In this document: positions 56,657 through 64,000 of the stretch, piece after piece
How the letters are laid out: each line of letters opens with the position of its first letter
How positions within the stretch are numbered: position 1 is the first letter of the stretch
DNA from: Candidatus Poriferisodalis sp.
GTDB taxonomy: Bacteria; Actinomycetota; Acidimicrobiia; Acidimicrobiales; Poriferisodalaceae
Length of the DNA: 64,000 nucleotides
Direction: 5' to 3'
NCBI RefSeq assembly: GCF_965198245.1
Contig: NZ_OZ240249.1
Location: 1,244,200 to 1,308,199, forward strand
Notes under the pieces: generated by a model
The model's input: the letters and a program-made list of their open reading frames with translations, nothing else
Databases searched by the model: none
Told to the model about the DNA's origin: nothing
Translations under genes and position numbers: made by a program

Positions 56657-58153
56657 GTGCCGCTGACCATATCGACCGACGAATTCGAGGTTGTCACCGA
56701 CCCTGCTGCTGGGCCGCCCACGGCCGCCAGCGACCGGCCGGTGCGCAGCGATGCCCTGGACACGCTGGGTGCGACGCCCAACTACTTGGCCGCCAGCGGA
56801 TTCGACGGCTCCGTGGGCAGCACGGCGCTCATGGCCGGCGCGTCCGATACTGCAGACGACATGCTGCCGATTGCAGTCGGGCTGGGTTCAGGGGATCTGA
56901 CCACGGCAGACATCCGCAAGGCGTCGGCTTCGTTGTGGCGTGCCGCCTCGAAGCTGGACTCATTGACCTCGGCGCTGGCGGCTGCAGCGTCTGACGACGT
57001 TGGCGCCGATGTCGCTCTCGGCGCAGTCGTCGAAGGCATGCTGCTGGCGTCCTACGGGTTCAACGAGCACAAGGGCGACCCGCCGGCGCCGGCTGCGCTC
57101 GAGCGGGTAGCGCTCGCGGCGCCCGATGGCACCGATGTGGCAGCAGCCATTGCACGTGCCGCTGCCGTGGCCGGCGGGATCGCACTGGCCCGTGACCTCG
57201 TGAACCAGCCGGCCGGGGCGCTCACCGCGAGCGGCCTCGCCTCTGCCGCAGTGGATGTAATCGAAGCAGCTGCGGCAGAGGGCGATCCCGCAGCGGGCAC
57301 GGCGTCGGTCGAGGTATGGGACCGCGAACGGCTCGCAGCAGAACGATGCGGCGGGCTGCTCGGTGTCAACGCTGGCTCGACAGAGCCCCCCGCCCTCATC
57401 CGCATGCGATGGCAGCCGGCGGCCACTCCACGTGCGGTTGTGCATCTCGTCGGAAAAGGCATCACTTTCGATACCGGCGGGCTCAACCTCAAGTCCTTCG
57501 AAGGCATGGAGTGGATGAAGGTGGACATGGGCGGCGCCGCCGCAGTCATCGGGGCGATGAGCGCCATCGCTCGATTGGCACCCGACGTCGCGGTCACCGG
57601 TATCTGCTGCTGCACGGACAATCAACCCGGACCCACGGCCACCAAGCCCGGCGACGTGCTGCGCATCCGCAACGGCAAGACGGTCGAGGTGCTGAACACG
57701 GACGCCGAGGGCCGGCTCGTCCTCGCGGACGGCCTCTCGCTGGCCGTCGAAGAGGAGCCTGACCTCGTGGTAGATCTCGCCACGTTGACGGGTGCCTGCC
57801 TCGTGGCGTTGGGCGACAAGTACGCGGGACTCATGGGCAATGACTCGGCGGCGATCGAACGGGCCGAGGCAGCAGCCCGCGCCGCAGGAGAACCTCTCTG
57901 GCACCTGCCGCTGCCGCCGGAGTATCGCGAGCAACTCGACTCTCCGATTGCCGACCTGCGCAACATCGGCAAGGGCCGCTACGGGGGCACGCTTGTCGCC
58001 GGCATCTTCCTGTCGGAGTTCGTCGGCGAGACCCCCTGGGTGCATCTCGACATTGCCGGTCCAGTGCGAACCGATGCCGATGCTGGCGAGCTGTCCAAGG
58101 GTGCGACCGGCTTTGGCGTGCGCACGCTGGTCGAACTGGTGTGCAATTGGTAA
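56657..58153 (+). CDS. pepA: Leucyl aminopeptidase (M17)
   Basis: VGKGITFDTGG, signature NTDAEGRLVLAD, DLATLTGA. GTG start preceded by GAGG. Confidence 0.9.
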   Translation: MPLTISTDEFEVVTDPAAGPPTAASDRPVRSDALDTLGATPNYLAASGFDGSVGSTALMAGASDTADDMLPIAVGLGSGDLTTADIRKASASLWRAASKLDSLTSALAAAASDDVGADVALGAVVEGMLLASYGFNEHKGDPPAPAALERVALAAPDGTDVAAAIARAAAVAGGIALARDLVNQPAGALTASGLASAAVDVIEAAAAEGDPAAGTASVEVWDRERLAAERCGGLLGVNAGSTEPPALIRMRWQPAATPRAVVHLVGKGITFDTGGLNLKSFEGMEWMKVDMGGAAAVIGAMSAIARLAPDVAVTGICCCTDNQPGPTATKPGDVLRIRNGKTVEVLNTDAEGRLVLADGLSLAVEEEPDLVVDLATLTGACLVALGDKYAGLMGNDSAAIERAEAAARAAGEPLWHLPLPPEYREQLDSPIADLRNIGKGRYGGTLVAGIFLSEFVGETPWVHLDIAGPVRTDADAGELSKGATGFGVRTLVELVCNW

Positions 58154-58205
58154 TCGGGTGCCGCCCTGCGTCTGGCGGACAGTGACCGCGCCCCGGCTGG
58201 ACGCG

Positions 58206-58949
58206 TCATACATTTCGGGTGGCGTGAGGCCGTACGCAACGGTCGGCCCACGCCCATGCAGTTGCCTCGTTGGCAGCCCTCGGCGCCAACCCCAGCATCA
58301 CGAGCCGCTCTGCGGATTCGTGAAGGCCGTGACCAAGCATCAGCATGCATGTCGCAAGCAGCCGAGTTTCGCCCACGGAAAAGTCCGTATGTCCAACGGT
58401 GCGAGTCCAGCGACCGATCTCGTCGCGCAGTTCGCGCGGCATGCGAACGTGCAGCTTGCGCGGTACCGGCGGCATCTGCCTGCGCACAATCAGAACAGCG
58501 TCGTTCTCGAAGTGGGCCAGATCGAACATGCGGCAGCGGTCGATGGTTCTCATGAACGTGCTCTGGCGACCGCCGCGGTGTTGAAGACCGAGTCGCTGCG
58601 CAGTGGACTCGAGGTTTAGGCGCAGAATCTCACCCGGGGCCAGTTCGTCGAATTCGCGCGCAAGCAGCCGCAGCAGCCAGACCGCACTGGGGCCGAGCAC
58701 AGCGATCCAGAAGCGCTCCACGTAGGCCGAGCGCGGGTCGTGGCCATCGCGGTGCAGTTTGGGGTCGTCCCAGGGCCGCACCTGCAGGACCCGCAGTGGC
58801 TCCGCCGCCGCTCCGATGTGCGCAGTGCTGCCCGGCCCGGTTGCAGTGCCGCCGACTAGTTGCAGTGTGGCTGGGGTGGCCCCATCTGGAGCGGCCGAGT
58901 GGATGGGGACTGTGGGCCTCTGTTCAGCTGGCACTGGGATCTCCCTCAC
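58206..58949 (-). CDS. Conserved-looking hypothetical protein (possible winged-helix DNA-binding protein); start uncertain
   Basis: The C-terminal ~190 aa of ORF 58206..59531 look like a real protein (YVERFWIAVLGPSAVWLLRLLAREF...). The upstream part crosses an AT-rich block and the sirtuin gene region and is rejected. Candidate GTG at 58949, or ATG at 58988. Confidence 0.45.
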   Translation of the reverse strand: MREIPVPAEQRPTVPIHSAAPDGATPATLQLVGGTATGPGSTAHIGAAAEPLRVLQVRPWDDPKLHRDGHDPRSAYVERFWIAVLGPSAVWLLRLLAREFDELAPGEILRLNLESTAQRLGLQHRGGRQSTFMRTIDRCRMFDLAHFENDAVLIVRRQMPPVPRKLHVRMPRELRDEIGRWTRTVGHTDFSVGETRLLATCMLMLGHGLHESAERLVMLGLAPRAANEATAWAWADRCVRPHATRNV

Positions 58950-58980
58950 GTTCGCTTGCGACTGCCATTCACTTGGAACG

Positions 58981-59028
58981 TAATACATATATATCAAAAT
59001 AGATGAAAATAATATGAAAATTATTGGA
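58981..59028. other. ~50-bp strongly AT-rich block (taatacatatatatcaaaatagatgaaaataatatgaaaattattgg) in an otherwise GC-rich divergent intergenic region
   Basis: Read directly; unique in this window. Lies between the hypothetical gene (minus strand) and the sirtuin gene (plus strand). Confidence 0.8.
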
Positions 59029-59141
59029 AGTGCCACAACGCTCGTGAAATTGACTCCTGCGCAATAGGTCAGAATGGGCAACATGAACGCCGCGATCTCG
59101 CTCGACGGCTCCGGCATGCTGAGCGCTATCGTCATCGGGCG

Positions 59142-59969
59142 TTGGTCAGAATGGGTGAGATGAACCCGGATGAGATGAACACTGGGGCCGATTCGAGTTC
59201 CGCAGTCGACGACGTGCGATCTGTGGCTGGATGGATCGACGAGGCACGTGCCATCACGGTGCTCACCGGTGCAGGCATCTCCACCGATTCGGGCATTCCG
59301 GACTTTCGCGGTCCAAATGGCGTGTGGACGAAGAACCCCGCCGCCGAGAAGCAGGCGACGCTGCAGAACTACTTGGCCGATCCCGAGGTGCGCGCCTTGG
59401 CGTGGCGAGCTCGCATGGACCACCGGGCCTGGGGCGCCGAGCCCAACGACGGTCACAGGGCCCTCGTGCAGCTGGAGCGCCGTCGCAAGCTGGTGTCGCT
59501 CTTGACGCAGAACGTGGATGGGCTGCACCACGACGCCGGATCAGATCCCGACAAGATCGTGGAGGTGCACGGCACCATCCGCGAGGTTGCGTGCCTGGAG
59601 TGCGACTACCGCGACGACATGGGAATCGCGCTGGACCGGGTGCGGCTCGGCGAGGACGACCCACCATGCCCCGAGTGCGGCGGGATTCTCAAGAGCGCCA
59701 CGATCAGCTTCGGTCAGCAGCTCGTTGCACGAGACCTGCTGCGCGCTCAGATCGCAGCCGAGAATTGCGACCTGATGCTGGCCGTGGGCACGACGCTGGC
59801 CGTGTACCCCATCGCTGCGGTTGTACCCACAGCCAAGTCGGCCGGTGCACGCGTGGTGATCGTCAACGCCGAGCCCACCGAGATGGATCACCTAGCCGAC
59901 ATGGTCCTGCGGATGTCCATCTCTGAGGTACTGCCGCGAATCTGCGGCCGCACCTCCCGCCTGAGGTGA
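59142..59969 (+). CDS. cobB: NAD-dependent protein deacylase, Sir2/CobB family
   Basis: GAGISTDSGIPDFRGPNGVW, QNVDGLH, catalytic VEVHGT, Zn ribbon CLECDY...CPECGG, VVIVNAEPT. Start is TTG 59142 or ATG 59151/59160. Confidence 0.85.
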   Translation: MVRMGEMNPDEMNTGADSSSAVDDVRSVAGWIDEARAITVLTGAGISTDSGIPDFRGPNGVWTKNPAAEKQATLQNYLADPEVRALAWRARMDHRAWGAEPNDGHRALVQLERRRKLVSLLTQNVDGLHHDAGSDPDKIVEVHGTIREVACLECDYRDDMGIALDRVRLGEDDPPCPECGGILKSATISFGQQLVARDLLRAQIAAENCDLMLAVGTTLAVYPIAAVVPTAKSAGARVVIVNAEPTEMDHLADMVLRMSISEVLPRICGRTSRLR

Positions 59970-60030
59970 CACCCGCGTGGCGTCCGGGGTGACTAATTCC
60001 TGACTAGATAGGTAGGATTTAGGATCCGAG

Positions 60031-60048
60031 CCTGATCGGTTGATCAGG
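60031..60048 (+). promoter_or_regulatory. Perfect 7-bp hairpin CCTGATC-ggtt-GATCAGG between cobB and the moeZ-like gene, preceded by an AT-richer stretch
   Basis: Read directly. It could terminate cobB or act as an operator for the downstream gene. Confidence 0.3.
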
Positions 60049-60090
60049 TCGTACCGCACGCGACGCCGAGTCACGAACAGGGAGGCCCAG

Positions 60091-61254
60091 ATGCCCTCGT
60101 TCCGCGAACTGCTGACAGCGACCAAACGCGAGATCACCGAGATCGACACGGCCACCGCCGCCGAGTGGATCTCCGACCGCTCACCGGTCGTGCTCGACGT
60201 GCGCGAGCCCGACGAGTACACCCAGGGTGCGCTCGTCGAGGCGATCCATATCCCGCGCGGGCATCTCGAGGCGCAGATCGAGAACCGAGTGCTCGATCAC
60301 GACGCCGAGATCATCATCTATTGCGCCGGCGGCGTTCGCTCGGCCTTTGCGGCCAAGACACTCGCCGAACTCGGGTACCCCAACTCGGTCTCCATGGATG
60401 GCGGCTTTGGCCGCTGGAAGGACGAAGGTCGTCCGTGGGCCACGCCTGCCTCCCTCGGCGCCGAACAGCGCAACCGCTACCTGCGTCACCTGCTGCTGCC
60501 CGAGGTGGGCGAGGCCGGACAGCTCAAGCTGCTTGACGCCAAGGTGCTCATGCTGGGCGCCGGCGGCCTCGGCTCTCCCGCAGCGCTGTACCTGGCTGCG
60601 GCCGGCGTCGGCACCATCGGCATCATCGACATGGATGTGGTCGACGAATCCAACCTGCAGCGCCAGATCCTCCACAACGTCGACCGGGTGGGCGACCGCA
60701 AGGTGGATTCGGCTAAGAAGACCCTCACTGCCCTGAACCCTGACGTCAACGTGGTCACCTACGACACCCGGCTCGGTGCCGACAACGTGCTCGACATCTT
60801 GTCGGGCTGGGATGTCGTCGTGGACGGCGCCGACAACTTCCCGAGCCGCTACCTGCTCAATGACGCGTCGGTGAAGCTGGGCATTCCGGTGGTGCACGGT
60901 TCGATCTTCCGCTTCGAGGGCCAGATCACGGTCTTCGACCCGCACAACGGTCCGACCTATCGCGATTACCTGCCCGAGCCCCCGCCGGCAGAACTTGCTC
61001 CCTCGTGCGCTGAAGCTGGCGTGCTCGGCGTGCTGCCAGGCATCGTCGGGTCGATCCAGGCGCTCGAGACGATCAAGCTGATCCTGGGCATCGGCGACGG
61101 CTTGGCGGGTCGCATCATCGCGTTCGACTCCCTGGAGATGTCGTTCCGCGAGTTCCGGTTGCGGCCCGACCCCTCCAACGAGGTGACCTACGCCAATCGC
61201 GAGCGCATCACGGTCAGCGAGCTCGACGGTCTCTGCAGCCCCACGCTGAGCTGA
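60091..61254 (+). CDS. ThiF/MoeB-type adenylyltransferase with an N-terminal rhodanese domain (MoeZ-like sulfur-carrier activating enzyme, permuted domain order)
   Basis: ATG at 60091 preceded by GGGAGG. Rhodanese active site IIYCAGGVRS at about aa 85. ThiF domain LGAGGLGSPAALYLAAAGVG, DESNLQRQ, CAEAGVLG. Confidence 0.8.
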   Translation: MPSFRELLTATKREITEIDTATAAEWISDRSPVVLDVREPDEYTQGALVEAIHIPRGHLEAQIENRVLDHDAEIIIYCAGGVRSAFAAKTLAELGYPNSVSMDGGFGRWKDEGRPWATPASLGAEQRNRYLRHLLLPEVGEAGQLKLLDAKVLMLGAGGLGSPAALYLAAAGVGTIGIIDMDVVDESNLQRQILHNVDRVGDRKVDSAKKTLTALNPDVNVVTYDTRLGADNVLDILSGWDVVVDGADNFPSRYLLNDASVKLGIPVVHGSIFRFEGQITVFDPHNGPTYRDYLPEPPPAELAPSCAEAGVLGVLPGIVGSIQALETIKLILGIGDGLAGRIIAFDSLEMSFREFRLRPDPSNEVTYANRERITVSELDGLCSPTLS

Positions 61255-61277
61255 GCCGGCCCCGCTCCGGGGTCGGC
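61255..61277 (+). terminator. 10-bp stem (one G-U pair), 3-nt loop hairpin starting immediately after the moeZ-like stop codon
   Basis: GCCGGCCCCG-ctc-CGGGGTCGGC, read directly. No U-tract. Confidence 0.45.
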
Positions 61278-61318
61278 GACGACAGAGGGGCCGGGAGCCA
61301 CCGGTACGCTGCCCACTC

Positions 61319-62686
61319 ATGGCCCAGAAGCGCTTCGTCGTGATCGGCGGTGGCCCAGCGGGCCATTCGGCGGCAACCTACGCGGCGCGCTACGGCGCAG
61401 AAGTGACGCTCATCGAGCGTGACATCGTCGGCGGTTCTGCACACCTGCGGGATTGCGTGCCCTCCAAGACCATGATCGCGACGGGTTCCGCGCTCAGCTT
61501 CGCCGGCCGCCTCGACGACTTGGGCTTGGCCAACGTCTCCACGTCGGTCGACACGCCGCACTTGCGCCAGCGCATCGGCGACATCGAGGACCGCCTCGCG
61601 GAAGTCGCCCGTCAGATGTTGGTCAGCCAGGGTGTGCGGATCCTGTCGGGCTCAGGTCGCCTGCTCGGGCCCAACGACGTCTGCGCCGACACATCGGACG
61701 GAGCGGTCGAGCTGTCCGCCGACGTCATCGTGCTGTCGACCGGCAGCCGTCCCCGGATCCCCGACTGGGCACCCATCGACGGTGAGCGGATTCTCACCAC
61801 CCGTGACGCGTACCCGCCCGCGGAGCTTCCTGAACATCTCGTTGTCGTGGGCTCAGGCGTGACCGGTGTGGAGTTCGTGCACATGTTCACCTCGCTGGGC
61901 TCGAAGGTGACGCTGATCGTCAGCCGCCAGCAGGTGCTGCCGCACAAGGATCCCGAGGCCGCCGCTGTGCTTGAGCAGACCTTCGGCGATCTCGGCGTGC
62001 ACATGCTCAAGGGCGCACGTGCGGTGAGCATCGTGCGTGACGGCGACGCCGTGGAGGTCGTCTGCAGCGATGGGCGAACGGTGCAGGCATCTCATGCGCT
62101 GCTCGCCATCGGCTCGATCCCCAACAGCGACGGGCTGGGTCTCGAGAACACCGATGTGCGCGTCGACGAGCACGGATTCGTCGAGGTCGATCACAACCTC
62201 TGCTCGTCGGGTCCGGGCATTTATGCGGCCGGCGACTTGTCCGGCAAGCTGCCGCTGTCGTCGGTGGCGGCCATGCAGGGGCGCAAGATCGTCGAGCATT
62301 CGATGGGCCTGCACGACAGCCGGCCCCATCGACACCTCGACTACGACAAGGCCGCGTCGGCCATCTTCACCGAGCCCGAGATCGCCGATGTCGGACTTGC
62401 CGAGGCCGAGGCGTTTGCCACGGGCCGCAAGATCCGCGTCACCAAGGTGCCGTTCGGTGCCAATGCCAAGGCGCTGATCGAGGAGAATCCGCGTGGCTTT
62501 GTCAAGATCGTCTCTGATCCGCTGACCGGCCAGGTCCTGGGCGGATCGATCGTGGGCCGCCATGCAGCCGAGTTGATCTCGGTCGTGGCGCTGGCTGTGA
62601 GCGCGAACCTGCGAGTCCAGGACATCGCCGAGAGCCTGTTCGTATATCCATCCCTGAGCGAGGCCCTCTGCGAGGCAGCCGAGTGA
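61319..62686 (+). CDS. Pyridine nucleotide-disulfide oxidoreductase of the Lpd-like family that lacks the first redox Cys (like mycobacterial LpdA/Rv3303c NAD(P)H quinone reductase)
   Basis: GGGPAGHSAA. GGSAHLRDCVPSK replaces the canonical GGTCLxxGCIPSK. VVGSGVTGVEF. C-terminal dimerisation domain ending YPSLSEA. Confidence 0.75.
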   Translation: MAQKRFVVIGGGPAGHSAATYAARYGAEVTLIERDIVGGSAHLRDCVPSKTMIATGSALSFAGRLDDLGLANVSTSVDTPHLRQRIGDIEDRLAEVARQMLVSQGVRILSGSGRLLGPNDVCADTSDGAVELSADVIVLSTGSRPRIPDWAPIDGERILTTRDAYPPAELPEHLVVVGSGVTGVEFVHMFTSLGSKVTLIVSRQQVLPHKDPEAAAVLEQTFGDLGVHMLKGARAVSIVRDGDAVEVVCSDGRTVQASHALLAIGSIPNSDGLGLENTDVRVDEHGFVEVDHNLCSSGPGIYAAGDLSGKLPLSSVAAMQGRKIVEHSMGLHDSRPHRHLDYDKAASAIFTEPEIADVGLAEAEAFATGRKIRVTKVPFGANAKALIEENPRGFVKIVSDPLTGQVLGGSIVGRHAAELISVVALAVSANLRVQDIAESLFVYPSLSEALCEAAE

Positions 62687-62705
62687 GTAGGCCTGAGGCC
62701 GCCGA

Positions 62706-64000
62706 GTGAGCCACCGCAGTTGGCGGGCTCGCCTCATTCTTATTTCGCTGGCGGCGTTGACCCTGCTGGGAGCAGTCGCGACCGCTGGCTCTGCATTCGT
62801 GCTGCTCCAGCTCGGGCGGATCGAACGTCACGAATTGGCAGACGTGCTCACCTCAGCGCCTCAGCAGCCAGTGACGGCGGCCGATGTCGTGATCGGCCAG
62901 ACGTCGACAGCGCTCGGGAATCCCGATGGTGAGCCCCCTGGACACACAGCTGAGGGCGGCGGAGGCGGCACGACGGGAGATGGCGACGGAGCAGCCGATG
63001 AGGCCGACGCGGCATCGGGATCGGCTGGTACAGACAACCAATCCCCAGGGCAGCCAGTGCTCCCAGGCAGCCCGACGGGCGAGAACTACCTGCTCGTGGG
63101 CATCGACAGCACGTTGGGGCTCTCAGCGGACGACCCTTTGCGCGCGGGCCATTCAGACTTCAGCCGACTCGCAGACGTGATCATGGTGATTCGGCTGCGC
63201 AATGACGGGACGGCCGCAATGATGTCGATCCCGCGCGATCTCGCCGCCGAGATCGCAGGCACCAGCGACATCACAGGCATCAGTCAGATTGCCAAGATAA
63301 ATAGCGCCTACAACCGCGACCGAACGACCGCTGGTCGCGCTGCACGAATGATCGACACCGTGGAGGAGAATCTCGAGATCACCTTGCAGCACTTCATCGA
63401 AGTCGACTTCCAGGCCTTCCTGCGACTCGTGGACGCAGTCGGCGGCGTTCAGATGACGTTTAGCCAGCCCCTCAGAGATCAACCGAACGGCGGTACGAGC
63501 AGCCCGACTGAGAGCCGTAGTGGCTTCGTCACCAAGGCTGGCACGCACGTCCTCGACGGCCGGCAGGCACTGGCGTACGTACGGAGCCGCCACCTCGAAG
63601 AGCAGTCTCCTGACGGCACGTGGCAACGCCATGGCATCTGGAATGATCTCGCTCGCAACGACCGCCAACGCGAGTTCATGCGTATTGCCGCCGAGCAAGT
63701 CGCACCGGGACTTCTCGCGAGTCCGATCAAGTTGCTCTCGATTCTTGACATCGCAGCCGACCATCTGTCGACCTCTGACACTCTGAGCATTGTGAACGAT
63801 GGCCGGCGTCTCGCGTCGAGATTCCCGGGCATCGACTTCGATACCGACTTCGAGGAATATGAGCTGCGGGTGCAGGATGTCCACGATCCCGTGCGGTGGT
63901 CGCTGGGGCTCACGCCCGACCCCCACAACCAGCGGGTGCTGGATGTGTTCCGGGGCATCGGCTGGGACGACATCGTGGAGTCACGCGTGACGGTGAAGGT
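62706..64000 (+). CDS. LytR-CpsA-Psr (LCP) family protein, 3'-truncated by the window end
   Basis: This frame-3 ORF is not in the supplied track because it runs off the window. GTG at 62706, TM helix (RLILISLAALTLLGAVATAGSAFVLL), a Gly/Asp-rich linker, then the LCP core NYLLVGIDS...RLADVIMVIRL...MMSIPRDL...INSAY...QHFIEVDFQAFLRLVDAVGGV...GRQALAYVRSR. Confidence 0.75.
   Translation, partial: MSHRSWRARLILISLAALTLLGAVATAGSAFVLLQLGRIERHELADVLTSAPQQPVTAADVVIGQTSTALGNPDGEPPGHTAEGGGGGTTGDGDGAADEADAASGSAGTDNQSPGQPVLPGSPTGENYLLVGIDSTLGLSADDPLRAGHSDFSRLADVIMVIRLRNDGTAAMMSIPRDLAAEIAGTSDITGISQIAKINSAYNRDRTTAGRAARMIDTVEENLEITLQHFIEVDFQAFLRLVDAVGGVQMTFSQPLRDQPNGGTSSPTESRSGFVTKAGTHVLDGRQALAYVRSRHLEEQSPDGTWQRHGIWNDLARNDRQREFMRIAAEQVAPGLLASPIKLLSILDIAADHLSTSDTLSIVNDGRRLASRFPGIDFDTDFEEYELRVQDVHDPVRWSLGLTPDPHNQRVLDVFRGIGWDDIVESRVTVK

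Noticed and set aside
58950-59531. N-terminal 190 codons of the 441-aa minus-strand ORF 58206..59531
   Set aside because: This part runs antisense through the cobB 5' region and across the AT-rich block. Its composition changes abruptly there. Only the C-terminal ~247 codons look like a genuine protein.
59142-59969. Sir2-domain protein as a defence effector (DSR/Thoeris-like)
   Set aside because: It has a standard CobB-type architecture and size with an intact Zn-ribbon. It sits in a housekeeping context (pepA, moeZ-like) and has no sensor domain or partner gene.

Overview
High-GC, actinobacterial-type chromosomal segment with dense coding on both strands and many 1-4 nt start/stop overlaps. 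I saw no rRNA, tRNA or CRISPR array by eye. The core backbone has five parts. (1) Suf Fe-S assembly genes sit in two convergent blocks: sufD-Rieske-sufC on the plus strand, and a second sufC with sufS-sufU on the minus strand. (2) A pyruvate dehydrogenase/lipoate cluster: maoC-like, aceE, lpd, E2 and an apparently fused lipB-lipA. (3) accA/birA/pepA. (4) Three ABC exporter modules. (5) cobB-type sirtuin, moeZ-like, a second lpd-like flavoprotein and an LCP protein that runs off the 3' end. Three accessory patches interrupt this backbone. (i) A ~9.8 kb island (about 23.1-32.9 kb) is bounded by ~216-bp direct repeats of the 3' end of the maoC-like gene. It carries a DUF433/DUF5615 toxin-antitoxin pair plus a decayed second toxin. 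It also carries a translationally coupled three-gene operon (884 aa unknown, 289 aa unknown, 1511 aa DExH helicase with a Zn-ribbon insert and a C-terminal DUF1998 domain). This operon is my best candidate for a poorly described or undescribed defence system (Druantia-III/DISARM-like helicase core with unrecognisable partners). (ii) A divergent pair at 11.9-15.3 kb: a permuted N6/N4 DNA methyltransferase with a Zn-ribbon insert, and a 530-aa protein with a possible PD-(D/E)xK N-terminus and HEAT-like repeats. (iii) A patch at 43.2-47.9 kb with a PstI/BsuBI-like type II R-M pair, an IS3 orfA remnant and an AT-richer ORF carrying an RNxxAH (HEPN-like) motif. Other oddities: a TlpA-like thioredoxin lipoprotein with an in-frame TGA at the first Cys of its CxxC motif (selenocysteine or a fresh pseudogene); an RNase HI-YpsA/SLOG fusion; three perfect 28-bp hairpin-containing tandem repeats filling a convergent intergenic gap; and a ~50-bp AT-rich block next to a duplicated 5' gene end. 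All protein-family calls come from motif recognition by eye and no searches were run. Coordinates read directly from the sequence text may be off by 1.
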